Shown in pieces: positions 1 through 12,912 of a stretch of 64,000 nucleotides of DNA. The position numbers were made by a program, and so were the translations under genes. Origin of the DNA: Squalus acanthias (Eukaryota); the NCBI GenBank assembly GCA_030390025.1, contig CM059432.1, positions 61,320,001-61,384,000 on the forward strand, written 5' to 3'. Within the stretch, counting starts at the first letter, position 1, and each line of letters starts with the position of its first letter. The notes under the pieces were generated by a model that saw only the letters and a list, made by a program, of their open reading frames with translations, had not been told where the DNA came from and ran no database searches.

Positions 1-1471
1 TCAGGCCTGTTTTTGAACCATCAGGGGTAAAATTTAATTTTCACAGGGACACAAGGAAAGGCAGTATTAAATCAACTGAACTTTGTACCTGCTGAGGACA
101 TTCACCACGTCATTCTATACTCCAGTGAGGTGTTCAGCAGGGAGATCAATTAGGTTACAATGGTACACGAGCTAGATATGCATGGAACTAAGGCAGGGTA
201 ACTGGGACTTCTTTATGTATTTACCATTATGTTGTCTGCCTTCAATCTCAACAGGCTGTTGCAGATGCACACTTTAAAGAGCACCAAAGCTTGCCAGATT
301 GCTTGAAGCCTTCATAGAATGGCATGAAGATGGGTGGCACTGGCCCAACTACAGAACTCCGATTGAGCAGGCGAGTAAATAATGATGGAGGAAGTTTTGT
401 GAGCTCCACATTTTCCCAGCTATCCAAATCAACGCAAAAGCTGCTAAGACAGTAAATATTTCCCAGTGCACTCCTCAGCATGCTCCATGCATATCCCTAG
501 AATTAGAAAGTGCACTTCTTGGCAGAACCTGAACCTGAAATTTCTTTGCACTTGGGAGGAAATAAGCTCATCTTTAGGATAACCCATCAGCAAACAAGCA
601 GTTGCTTCCAGCCTTTTTTGTTGAAAATTGAATATCAGGAAACAGTGTAAGCAGTTGCCATATGCACCAATCACATGGATCCATACTAATTTTAAAACTT
701 GCTGACCAAAGGCAAACTTAAGCGGGCTGATTCCAAGGTACAGAAAATGTCAGCAAAAAGAAGTGGTGTTTCCATAAATTAAAATTTTGAAAAAAGATTA
801 CAGAACATTCCTAGACTTTACTATAAAGCTATATTCATTTATGGGGGAAAATAAATGACAGTGAAGACTAACTCTGGTGGTCACAGACAGTCAATATTCC
901 TGTAAATGACAGGAGAAAAACAAACAAGGCTAGGACTTGGCATGAAGCCTTATCTGCAGCAAACCGGGAGAGATCACCAGACTGAGAAGGTAGTGCCATG
1001 GCAGAAATTTCTTAGAGATAATGTTACCAGGTAATTTGTTTTCTCCCTTGGGAATCCTACCAATATCCTATTTGTGTGTGAGGAAGTACGGTTTATTACC
1101 TTAAAAGGAAGTTATACACATCTAGTCCTTGCATGAGCAATATTGAAAGTACCTACTAAAGGTGAATGCGCCCACTCCCAGGTTATTAAAGCATTAAAGC
1201 AACACCGTGTGTATATGCAGATTAATGGGAAGACTAAACCCACCTTTGCAGATGTGATGGGGGCGGGGGGGGGGGGGGGAGAAGAAAAATTAAATCCTTA
1301 ATGTTGATGTTTGTAAAGAAAAGTAGCACCATGCTCATTTACTACAGACATAATAGGGTGTTTTTATGTTTTAATTATTCAGTTTGTATTTGATTTTTTT
1401 TTAAATCACTACTAACAAAGATTTTAAAAGAACATGAAGTTTCACTGGTACCGCTCAAGTGCTTTACTATT

Positions 1472-2235
1472 GGCCCAGAAATTCGTCCGAATACGGGAGA
1501 GTACGCACTGTGTACTCACCCATATTCGGTCCCGAAGTGCCGGTTTCCTGCATGCACTGCGCATGCGCGGGAAACCGGCACTTCCGGTATTGCGAAGGGG
1601 GCGGTTCCTAAGTGAACCGCGTGCGCACTACAGGCTGTGCGCACGCAGCACACTTAGTTTTTTTTTCAGGTTTGAACGCGAAGGTAAGTGTTGAAGATTT
1701 TACACATGAAAAAAGCAGGCGTAAGACACCTTTTAACAAGGTAAGTAGTTAATTAAGTATTATTTTAAAAAATTTTCAACAGGTTTATCTTTTTTAGAGA
1801 CTTTAAAGAAAGGTAAGTTTATTTTTATAACTTTTAAAAAGAATTTAAATTTTTTCAAAAATTTAAATTTTTGTTTAAAGTGGTTAATTTATTTAACTAT
1901 AGTTATTTTATTAATGCGATGGGTTTTTTTTAAATTTAATTGAGGTTTAGCTGTTCTTTTGGGGGCAATTTGTATTCATAGCTTTGACAGCTCTTCCTGT
2001 CAAAACTATGAATGAAAGATGGTGTGCTGCCATTGGCTCTAACTGGCTCACGTGATCCCAGAGGTCGCATCGAACTAACTGCGCCTCTGGGACACGCACA
2101 CACTGCGCGCCGGCACCAGGGAGAGGCCCAGGAACTGAAGTTTGTGTGGGCCAAAACCATAAAGGCAGGCGCGGAGTGCGATATCGCGGGGGATCCTTAC
2201 CCCCGCGGCAACCATCGAAGTCCAATTTCTGGGCC
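1472..2235 (+). mobile_element. MITE copy 1 (Harbinger-like non-autonomous DNA transposon)
   Basis: Perfect 12-bp TIR GGCCCAGAAATT/AATTTCTGGGCC; ATT on both flanks; homologous to 9933-10651 and 55248-55990. Confidence 0.85.
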
Positions 2236-2534
2236 ATTACTTTCTTTTTAACAATTTGTTACCTTTTAACTATTCTACTGGGTTTGTACTACTGTAAAAT
2301 GACTAGTTTTCAACATGAAGCACAGTCCATTTCTGAATTTTTGAAATAATTATCTACTTTTACCAAAAGCACAAAGCAACATCCAGACTAAGAAAATCTG
2401 ATTAGCAGAAATTAATGTGCTTTTCTGGATTAACCTGGACCCAAAGTGTTTCAATGAAGCTGTTTTTAAATTAAAAGTCATTCTTCCATTTTTAAGGTTA
2501 ATCCATTTTGAATCAAATACCAAAAAATTATTAC

Positions 2535-2646
2535 CTTTATGATCTGCACCATCTGGATTCAAATGCATTCTCTTCTGACATTCGGAGCAGCTCATTAGAA
2601 ATCTGGTCACCGCTTCTCGTGGTAAAAAGGCATAGGTCTCTGAAAT
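2535..2646 (-). CDS. NOL4: NOL4 coding exon 3 (112 bp); gene continues beyond the window start
   Basis: TTTAG acceptor; ISETYAFLPREAVTRFLMSCSECQKRMHLNPDGADHK; GTAATA donor (phase 1); in frame with exon 2. Confidence 0.93.
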
Positions 2647-3881
2647 CTAAAGTTAATCACAAAATGTAATAGAAAAATATGTTGGGAAGGCAGATTATCA
2701 TCCTCAATCATCCAAATGTAATTCAAAGTTTATATTCTAAAACAGGAGCTCACTAGAAATGAACTTCTGCTAAGCAGGTATGTTTCTACCATTACTTTAT
2801 TACATAAAAGGTAAAACAAAGCACATTTGTTAACAAAGGTATATAAAAATCTTCCTATCCATACAGACACTAGAATTCCTTCATAATCAGGGGAAAAAAT
2901 AATTTTGGGAAAGGTTCCATTTCCATCTTTACACAGGTCTGGTCGATGTCAAGAAGACACCCAAGTTCTTTTTAAAAGCTTACAAATAATGCAATATCAA
3001 TGGTAACTTGTGCTCCGTTACTATTTTTTACATCTAGACTTCAGTGCTTTCTGAATCGCTTCGATCTGTTGATCATTTGTAAAGTGAGTGAATAGAGGCT
3101 TTCCACTTAGAATTTTAAAATGTAGATATTACACCTTTAATATGAAGATCTAATTGAATGGATCAATAGAAACAATATGCAACAAAAACAAAAGTTAATA
3201 AGTGGGTGCTGAAAATGTAAGCAGAAAACCTTTGAAGAGCCTCAGAAGGTTCAACACATTACCAACCATTTCTAAGGGTGAATTGGCAGAGGACAAAGAG
3301 ATAGGTAAAAATGAAGGGAAAGAAAACAAGATGCAAACATGAGTCTGCAATTGGCAGAAAAACACCAGACCTCCTGTTTGATGGCTGCTGAAGTCAAGGT
3401 GTTGTTCTATGAGTTATGTGCAATTTCAAGGTACCATCCTCAGATCAGCATTGCACCATCCTGCAAGTTGATACAGCCTTGTTGCAGACCACAGCTGACC
3501 ATTACGGTCACTGCATGTGCCAGTCCTACGCTGCATGGTGGCTGCAGAAGGCTAGGACATAGCTCTGCAACTGCCCCTCTGACCCAGACACCAAGGCCAA
3601 GTAGGTGTGCCAGGGTCTGTAGAAGTGGCATCTTGGCAGGTGCAGACAATTAGGCAACGCTGGCTGTTGATCACACTGGCAAGCCTTCATTTATGCTGCG
3701 CCACTGAAACAATGACATATTCTCAAGGAAGCATCCAAAATGATGGTTAATCAGACATACATATCTTATTGATGCCATCAGTTCTCCTGTCCTCCCAACT
3801 TCCTCAGGGAAGAGTTTGCCAAAGTGAGACATTTTCACCTCTGTCTGCAGATGTGGGTGTGTAGCTATCAGCAGACACATG

Positions 3882-4812
3882 GGCCTTGATATTAAGCCCC
3901 CCCACGATGGGCGAGAGGTGGTCAAAAAAATTTAAATGGGGATTGCATTCTGAACCCGTATATGTGCCTGCCACCATTTTTAAGGCAACAGATTTAATAC
4001 GAGCATCCCGCTATCGAGAGGCAGATCACTTCAGAAATATATGCAAATCAGGTTCAATTGTGAGCCTGATTTAAATTCAACAGTTGCTGTGCTGGTTGCC
4101 AGGGCTTGGGAAACCCAGTATATAAGAGGGAGGCGGAACCTGCCAGCTCAAGAAGGGAAGTGCCTTTTTACAGCACTCCTTGTGCACCAGGAGGAGCAGG
4201 AGCACTCCCCCTGGCCCCTCAAGGAAGCCTTCGACCTCCCTGCTGCAGATAGCAACCTCTTTCTTCCCATCGACATCCCCCCCCCCCCCCCCCCCCCCGC
4301 AGTGCTGGACTTGTGTGTCTCCGGCCTTGTCGGGTTTTTCCCACGCTACCACACTCACTCGCACCCTTCCGTCAATATTGGGACCATGGTATCTCTAGTG
4401 CACCCTAACTGGCATGGCATCCCTCCATTGGTCATCCTCTTACAGACATATCATATAGTGTGATTTCCGTTGGTACAAGTACTGGGGGAAAAAGAAAATA
4501 AATAATTTACAATGCACTTACCTCTAAATTATTGTATCCTTTCCATGGCCTCCAGGATACTCACCATCACCTAGCAACCCTGGCTGGCAGAACGGAAAAT
4601 GTTGTGCGCCACCATGCCCTAAATGAATATTAAATGAGGTGCCTGCCTATTTGAGGCATGCATTTTCCCCATTGCTGGTCCCATTCATTGTAAAGTGTGC
4701 ATGGCACAAACCTGGCACATTTCTGGCAGGGTGGGCCTTTGATTGATTTTTCTCACTTGCCCGCCACAATACCCCCCAAAAATTGAGCGGGACAGGCAAG
4801 AAAAATCTAGGC
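3882..4812. mobile_element. Degenerate non-autonomous DNA transposon (Harbinger-like ends)
   Basis: Ends GGCCTTGATATT and AAAATCTAGGC form an imperfect inverted repeat; GC-rich interior. Confidence 0.4.
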
Positions 4813-5129
4813 TTTAGTATCTAGTTAAATATCTTCAGGGAATTTTTCCAAAGTGGTGTTTGGATACAATCCAGCTTACCTGGCCTGTGTCTGGTATGTC
4901 ATTTTCCAGGGTGCTCCCTCACAACGGTAGAACCTTACTGCTGGTTAGTGTGTGTTACGTTAATCAGAAATGAGGCAGCAGAAATTGCCCCATCCCTGAT
5001 TTTGAGATTGTAACGGGAAAAAAAAAGCTCCATCACTATATTAGATGGGGGCACAAAATAGCATACTACTATAATATTTAAAAGCCTGCAGCTGCAAGCA
5101 CCATCTCAATGTTTCTGGTCAAGAAAAGA

Positions 5130-5330
5130 AAATACAGACAACGAAGAATGTCTGGCAGTTCTGTAGGAGGTTCTCAGATGGTGCAGTAGAAGAGCTGTTC
5201 GAAGAAATAACACATAGGAAAGATGCCATCTTTAGCAGGAGTGATACCCTCTTTGGCAGAAAGTGATGTAGGCCTGGAGGAGAACTGCCTTGGGGCAATG
5301 GAAGGTGCAGGAAATTGTTTAATGATGTCA
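5130..5330 (+). pseudogene. Relic of a Harbinger Myb/SANT-like ORF
   Basis: Frame from 5168 reads RFSDGAVEELFEEITHRKDAIF, similar to RYNDASLEVLLQGVRARRDIL in the 30717 ORF. Confidence 0.5.
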
Positions 5331-5404
5331 AATCAGGCAAAGCAAGCCAGCCACACCTTTGAAGAATGTCTATCATTTCCAGTCTCCTCCCAATCACATT
5401 ATGT

Positions 5405-6841
5405 TAAAGTACTTTAGATTGGAGGATAGCAAATGTAACCCTGCTATTTAATAAAGGAGGGAGAGATAAAATGGGGAACTACAGACCTGTTAGCCTCACA
5501 TCAGTAGTTGGGAAAATGCTGGAATCTATTATAAATGATGCAATAACTGGGCACTTAGAAACTAATAGTAAGATTGGGCAGAGTCAACGTGGCTTTATGA
5601 AAGGGAAATCCTGTTTGACAAACCTATTGGAGTTCTTTGAGGATGTAATTAGTGGAGTAGACAAAGGGAAACCGGTAGATGTGGTGTATCTAGATTTTCA
5701 GAAGGCCTTCGATAAGGTTCCACACAAGAGGTTGGTGAACAAAATTAGGGCACATGGAATTGGGGGTAATATACTAGCATGGATTGAGAGTTGGTTAACA
5801 GACAGAAAACAAAGAGTAGGGATAAACGGGTCTTTTTCAGGATGGCAAGCTGTGACTAGTGGGGTCAAGGATCGGTGCTTGGGCCCCAGCTATTCACAAT
5901 CTATATCAATGATTTGGATGAGGGGACTAAATGTAACATTTCCAAATTTGCTGATGATACAAAGCTAGGTGGCAGTGTCAGTTGCGAAGAGGCTTCAAGG
6001 GGATCTCGACAGGCTCAGTGAGTGGGCAAGAACATGGCAGATGGATTATAATGTGGATAAATAAGAAGTTATCCACTTTGGTAGAAAAAACAGAAAGGCA
6101 GAGTATTTCCTAAATGGTGAAAGACCTGGGTGTCCTTGTACATGAGTCACTGAAAGTGAATGTGCAGGTGCAGCAAGCCATTAGGAAGGCAAATGGTATG
6201 CTGGCCTTTATTACAAGAGGATTTGAGTACAGGAGTAAAGAAGTCTTACTCCAATTATATAGGGCCGCCTTGGTGAGACCACACCTGGAGTACTGTGTAC
6301 AATTTTGGTCTCCTTCCCTAAGGAAGGATGTACTTGCCATCGAGGGAGTGCAGCGAAGGTTCACGAGATTGATTCCTGGGATGGCGGGACTGTCGTATGA
6401 GAAGAGATTGAGTAAACTAAGCCTGTATTCTCTTGAATTCAGAAGAATGAGGGGATCTCATTGAAGCATATAAAATTATTACAGGGCTTGATAGGGTGGA
6501 TGCTGGGAGAATGTTTCCCTTGGCTGGGGAGTCGAGAACCAGGGGCCACAGCCTCAGGATAAAGGGTAGGCCATTCAGGACTGAGATGAGAAGAAATTTC
6601 TTCACACAGAGGGTGGTGAATCTTTGGAATTCTCTACCCCAGTGGGCTGTGGAGGCTCAGTCACTGGGTATATTCAAAACAGAAGTCGATAGATTTCTGA
6701 CTAGTAAGGGCATCAACGGATATGGCTCTAGGGCCGGTGAATGGAGTTGAGGCAGAAGATCAGCCATGATCTTACTGAATGGCGGAGCAGGCTCGAAGGG
6801 CCGAATGGCCTACTCCTGCTCCTATTTCTTATGTTCTTATG
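5405..6841 (+). mobile_element. 5'-truncated CR1 (HER1-like) LINE, RT region and 3' tail
   Basis: [42 protein letters not shown], with frameshifts; tail ends in TTCTTATG repeats. Confidence 0.92.
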
Positions 6842-7079
6842 GCTTAGCATCAGTGTCTATGAAGCATCGTGGTGCCAGCAATACCCCAGACTTTCTGGAG
6901 AAATATTACTTATTTACATTTTACATGCATTCACCCCACAAAAAGCCACATGGAATGCACACTTTCTGCAAAGCATACACATACCTGGGTTTCACTGCAT
7001 GCAATAGTGGTTGCATTTGTTTGAAATACAAGACAGCCCACAATACCAGAGTGTTGCTAAAGATGGCATCGCCACCCTA

Positions 7080-7510
7080 CCTTCCCCACCACCCCCCCCA
7101 AATCTATATAGCACCTTATCAACTCCTTAGAATAACTCAAAGTGCTTTACAATCAAGAAATTTCTTTTGAAGTTCAGTCACCCACTGTTATGAATGCAAA
7201 TGTAGCAGTAAATTTGCACACGGCAAGGTCTTGCAAACAGAAATTGAATGAATGACCAGATAATCTGTTTTACTGATGTTGATTGAGGGAGACATGTTGA
7301 CCAACACAACTCCCTGCTCTTCTTCAAATAGTGCCATGGGATCTTTTGCATCTATCCAAGCAAACAGATGGGGCCTCAGTTTAATATCTTAACTCTGAAA
7401 ATCTAACATTCTCTTAGTGCTGCACCAAAGTGTCAATTTGTGCGCTCCAGTCCATATTGGGACTTGATCCCACAACTTTCTGCCTCAGGGCAGGGGTCCT
7501 ACCAAGCTAA
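7080..7510 (-). mobile_element. Old SINE, probably Deu-domain type with an L2-like tail
   Basis: AATAGTGCCATGGGATCTTT and GGGGCCTCAGTTTAA resemble the Deu core as I recall it; related fragment at 39855-40040. Confidence 0.5.
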
Positions 7511-8574
7511 ATCAGCCAAGCGAACAGGAGGAGTAGGAGGGCGTGTGCTAGCTGTGTGTTCTTTCCAAGAACATGGTCTACACACAACTTTAGTGTAACT
7601 AGAATTTTAATGAAAAATAGGAGCACATCTGCTCTGTACCTTATCAGGTTAGCAATTGACTATGAATGAGAAACTAAATGTTTTGTGTAGAATTTTCTGT
7701 GATGTTACAACAGTTAATCTATGGTTTCTCAGGAATTTTGCAGAAATTAGTATCCTTAATTGAGCTTCTGGATGCATCCTTGAGCAAATGCGTATTCGAA
7801 GAGATAGAATCTACTGAGGCATTTTACTCTTGGCATTTGCTTTCCATTTGGCTCTCTGCTGTTTCTGGTGTGCCCTGACAGCCATTAATACTCAGCAAGG
7901 TGGAAGAACAGTCTGCCTTGCAATTATTTTCAATAAAACTTTATGACTTCCTCCTTGAAACTGAAGTTTGTACAAGGCCTGCCAGTCATACATTCCTCTG
8001 GTGGCCCAGTATGAGCAAGAGGCTGGTCTGGACCTCCTCCCACCTGTTGCATGTACTCCTGTACAGTGGCACAGGTTAGGCACCCACCTCCCCCCACCCA
8101 AACACACAAATTAGTATCAAAAAAGATCCTAGGAAGTAAATCCATCTCGTGAATTGATACAATTACTACAAAGGCTGCGATGTGAATGACACTGGCAAGG
8201 CAGCACTTATGGTCCTGAATAGATTAAGAATGAACCAGTGTGGAACTGTAGAAAAATTGGGCTTTTGAGAACTTGAAACAGTACGCAAGGTGTGGTCTGA
8301 CTAACACACTAGTTTGAGCATGAATTCCTCGGACTTGTACGCTGCAATTTTGGTTATAAATTTCTGAATTTATTTGTCTTGTTGATTGCAGCTATTAAAT
8401 AGTTGGACACATTAACCATCAAAGTCAATCAAGACCCCTAAATCGCTCATAAATTCATCATAATTTATAGAGTACATACAGTGCCCATTTTCTCTTCCTA
8501 CATGCAGTACTGCCGATTTGTCACATTATTTGGAGAAAGCACTGAGGGAAGTAAGGGCACTCTGGGTGGGGGGC

Positions 8575-8762
8575 CAAAGTTCTAAGTTTGAGATTGTGCC
8601 CCCTTGTTCTGGATTCCCCCACCAAAGGAAAGTTTCTCTGCATCTATCCCTTCAAATCCAGTTATCATTTTAAACATCTTGATTAGATCACCCTCAACCT
8701 TGTATACTCAAGGGAATACAAGTCAAGTGCATAGTACCTGTCCTCATAATGTCACCCTTTAA
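8575..8762 (-). mobile_element. Old CR1 fragment
   Basis: Similar to the ORF2 C-terminal region of the other CR1 copies (TTGTTCTGGATTCCCCCACC, AGATCACCCTCAACC). Confidence 0.65.
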
Positions 8763-9009
8763 GTGACTTACTAAGTCTACTATTATTCACTCACCCTCAA
8801 ATCATCCCCCTGCTTTTTCCTGCCCTTGAATTCCTGGCCCCTTCTCTCTAAGGCTATAACTCTTTCCTTAATCTTTTTAATTAACAGACTAGTTTTGCAC
8901 CTCTTCCCACATCTACAACACTCACTTTTTCAAACAAAAACATTCCACAACAAGCACACCAGTCTCCATCCCAAGTATACTTCTCTCGAATGGCCTTTTT
9001 TGATTTAAT

Positions 9010-11575
9010 ATAGAAACATAGAAAAATAGGAGCAGGAGTAGGCTATTCGGCCCTTCAAGCCTGCTCCGCCATTCAATATCATGGCTGATCATCTATCTCA
9101 ATACCATATTCCCGCTCTCTCCCCATACCCTTGACGCCTTGTGTCTAGAAATCTATCTATCTCCTTCTTAAATATATTCAGTGACTTGGCCTCCACAGAC
9201 TTCTGTGGTAGAGAATTCCACAGGTTCACCACCCTCTGAGTGAAGAAATTTCTCATCTCAGTCCTAAATGTCCTACCCCGTATCCTGAGACTGTGACCCC
9301 TCGTTCTGGAGCCCCCAGCCAGGGGAAACATCCTCCCTGCATCCAGTCTGTCTAGCCCCGTCAGAATTTTATACATTTCAATGAGATCCCCTCTCATTCT
9401 TCTAAACTCTAGTGAATACAGGCCTAGTCGACCCAATCTCTCCTCATACGACAGTCCTGCCATCCCAGGAATCAGTCTGGCGAACCTTCGCTGCACTCCC
9501 TCTATGGCAAGTATATCCTTAGGTAAGGAGACCAAAACTGCACACAGTACTCCAGGTGTGGTCTCACCAAGGCCCTGTATAACTCTAGTAAGGCATCCTT
9601 GCTCCTGTACTCAAATCCTCTTGCAATGAAGGCCAACATACCATTTGCCTTCCTAACTGCACCTGCATGTTTGCTTTCAGTGACTGGTGTACAAGGACAC
9701 CCAGGTCCCTTTGTGCATCAACATTTCCCAATCTATCACCATTTAAATAATACTCTGCCTTTCTGTTTTTTCTACCGAAGTGGATAACTTCACATTTATC
9801 CACGTTATACTGCATCTGCCATGTATTTGCCCACTCACTCAACTTGTCTAAATCGCCTTGAAGCCTCTTTGCATCCTCCTCACAACTCACAATCCCACCT
9901 AGTTTCGTGTCATCAGCAAACTTGGAAATATTGGGGCAGAAATTCGGGTCTCCACAGGTGAGTACGCGCTGTGTACTCACCCATAGGGCCACCGGAAGTG
10001 CCGGTTTCATGCATGCACTGCGCATGCACGGGAAACCGGAACTTCCGGTCTCGTGAAAGAAGGGGTTCGAGGGTCAACCGCGTGCGCCGGAGAGGCAGCG
10101 CGCACGCAGCGAACTTCGGTTTTTTTTTCAGGTTTCTCCGTGAGGCTAAGTATGGAGAAGCTGCGCAGGAAAAAAGGAGGCGCAAGGCCTGCTTTTAACA
10201 AGGTAAGTGGTGAATTAAATACAATTTAAACATTTTTTCAACAGGTTTATCTTTTTTACATACTTTAAAGAAAGGTAAGTTTATTTTTAGCACCGTTAAA
10301 AAGTATAATTAATTTTTTCAAAAATTTAATTTTTGTTTAAAGTAGTTAATTTATGTAATTTATAGTTATTTTAAAAATTATGGTTTTTTAAAAATTTATT
10401 TGAAGTTTTAGTTAGGTTTTGGGGGGGTGATCTCTATTCATAGATTTGACAGGTCTCCATGGCCCACGTGATCCCAGGGGACGCTTCGAACTATCTGTGC
10501 CCCTGGGATACGCAAGCACTGTGTTCCGGCAGCTGCAGGAGGCCCAGGAGCCGAAGTCCACGCGGGCCTGAAGCACAACGGCAGGCGCGGTAGGTAAGTA
10601 CGCATGCGATCCTTGCACCCGCGGGAAGCCGGAGAGCCGAATTTCTGGCCCATTACATTTGGTTCCCTCATCCAAATCATTGATATATATGGTGAATAGC
10701 TGGGGCCCAAGCACTGATCCCTGTGGTATCCCACTAGTCACCGCCTGCCACGCCGAAAAAGACCCATTTATTCCTACTCTCTGTTTCCTGTCCGTTAACC
10801 AATTTTCAATCCATGCCAGTATATTACCCCCAATCCCATGTGCTTTAATTTTGCACACTAACCTCTTATGTGGGACTTTATCAAAGGCCTTCTGAAAATC
10901 CAAATACACCACATCCACTGGTTCTCCCTTATCTATTCTACCAGTTACATCCTCAAAAAGCTCCAGTAGGTTTGTCAACCACGATTTCCCTTTCATAAAT
11001 CCATGTTGACTTTGTCTAATCCCATTGATATTTTCTAAGTGTCCTGTTATCACATCCTTTATAATAGACTCTAGCATTTTCCCTACTACTGATGTTAGGC
11101 TAACCAGTCTGTATTTCCCGGTTTTCTCTCTCCCTCCTTGTTTAAATAGTGGGGTTACATATGCCACCCTCCAATCTGCAGGAACTGTTCCACAATCTAA
11201 GAATTTTGGAAGATGACAACCAATGCATCCACTATTTCCATGGCTACCTCTTTTAGTACTCTGGGATGCAGATTATCAGGCCCTGTGGATTTATCAGCTT
11301 TCAGTCCCATTCACTTCTCCAGCACTATTTTTTTACTAATATTAATTTCCTTTAATTCCTCCTTCTCACTAGACCCTTGGTTCCCTAGCATTTCTGTGAA
11401 GTTATTGGTGTCCTCTACCGTGAAGACAAAACCAAAGTATTTGTTTAATTGCCCTGCCAGTTCCTTGTTCCCCATTATAAAATTCTCCCGTTTCTGACTG
11501 TAAGGGACCTACATTTGTCTTCACTAATCTTTTTCTTTTTACATACTTGTAGAAGCTTTTACAGTCCGCTTTTAT
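9010..11575 (-). mobile_element. 5'-truncated CR1 LINE interrupted by a MITE
   Basis: RT ORF pieces 10412-11167, 9585-10025 and 9098-9535; CR1 tail near 9010-9100. Confidence 0.92.
9933..10651 (+). mobile_element. MITE copy 2, inserted in the CR1 RT domain
   Basis: TIR GGGGCAGAAATTCGG/CCGAATTTCTGGCCC (14 of 15 match); ATT duplicated at 9930-9932 and 10652-10654; removing it restores ...[13 protein letters not shown]. Confidence 0.9.
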
Positions 11576-11862
11576 CTCTTGGCTGCTCCCTTTATAGTTT
11601 TACTTTGAGTCTTTTCTGTCAGTTACCTTGGGTTTACTGGATAAGAGCAGATTTTATCCCTGCCCACCCAGCGAGAACAGGGCAGACGGATGGTTTAAGT
11701 GGTGGTCGGGCGCTTCTTGCTCTGTTCATGCCAGCCGCCATTTTAACTGCTGGGTTTTCAGCAGATAGACAGGGGCCTAATCAACATTTAGAAGTTGGAA
11801 ATAACAACAGAAAACGCTGGAAAAATTCAGCAGGCCAGGCAGCATCCGTGGAGAGAGAAACA

Positions 11863-11902
11863 GAGTTAACCTTTCAGGTCGAAGACCTTTCGTCAGAACT
11901 GG
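11863..11902 (-). ncRNA. Minimal hammerhead ribozyme motif at the Penelope 3' end
   Basis: Minus strand AGTT-CTGACGA-A-AGGTC-TTC-GACCT-GAAA-GGTTAACT: CUGANGA and GAAA core boxes around a 5-bp stem II. Confidence 0.65.
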
Positions 11903-12494
11903 AAAAAAGCAGGAAATGAAATAGATTTTAAAGCAAGTTTAGGGCTGGGAAAAGGGGGAGGGGATGAAAGAACAAAAGGGAAGGTCAGTGATAGGATAGA
12001 AAGCAGGAGGGATTAAGAGACATTAAGAGATATTCAAGGCAAGAGGAGGTGGAAATGGGACAGGTTGAGGAACAAAGGATGGCTCTAGATGAAGTGTGAA
12101 CTGAGCAGGCAGAATGAAGGACAGCTGACATGTGGGAGGTGAAGAAAAAAAGGGCCAAACAAAAGTGTGGATAAAAATATATATACACATGTGATGGGGG
12201 CCAGGGTTATGATCTGAAATTGTTGAACTCTATGTTGAGTCCAAATGGCTGTAGAGTGCCTAATCGAAAGATGAGGTGCTGTTCCTCGAGCTTACGCTGA
12301 GCTTCCATGGAACAATGCAAGAGGCCGAGGACGGTGAGGTCTGAGGGGGAATGGAGCGGAGAATTAAAGTGACAGGCCACCGGGAGCTCGGGGTCCCCCT
12401 TACGGACTGAACGGAGGTGTTCCGCAAAGCGGTCACCCAATCTGCGTTTGGTCTCCCCATTGTAGAGGAGACCACATCGTGAGCAGCGAATACA

Positions 12495-12912
12495 TAGAAA
12501 CATAGAATCTAGGAGCAGGAGTAGGCCATTCGGCCCGTCGAGCCTGCTTCGCCATTCAATACGATCATGGCTGATCATCCAAATCCAGTACCCTGTCCCT
12601 GCTTTAATCCCCACAGTACACATATCCCACCCTACCCCCGTAACCCCACGTATTTAATTCCCCCTAACATATCCCATCCTATCCCCATAACCCCACATAT
12701 TTAATCCCCCCTAACACTAAGGGTCAATTTATCATAGCCAAATCAACCTAACCCACACATTTTTGGACTGTGGGAGGAAACCGGAGCACCCGGGAGGAAA
12801 CCCACGCAGACACGGGGAGAATGTGCAAACTCCACACAGACAGTCACCTGAGGTCAGATTCGAACCCGGGTCTCTGGCGCTGTGAGGCACCAGTGCTAAC
12901 CACTATGCCACC
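12495..12912 (-). mobile_element. tRNA-derived SINE (HE1/V-SINE-like) with CR1 3' tail
   Basis: A box TGGCATAGTGG, B box GGTTCGAATC, core GTGGAGTTTGCACATTCTCCCCGTGTCTGCGTGGGTTTCC; tail matches local CR1 3' ends; inserted in the Penelope GIY-YIG domain. Confidence 0.88.

Noticed and set aside
240..1100. Possible DIRS-like or other old retroelement relic
   Set aside because: Only a vague resemblance; no diagnostic RT, RNase H or recombinase motif readable.
4277..4298. Poly-C run giving a polyproline/polyglycine ORF
   Set aside because: Simple homopolymer inside a repeat.
12840..12912. tRNA gene calls at SINE and LINE heads (also near 17409, 26190 and 53660)
   Set aside because: A and B boxes run straight into repeat bodies; no full cloverleaf or terminator.
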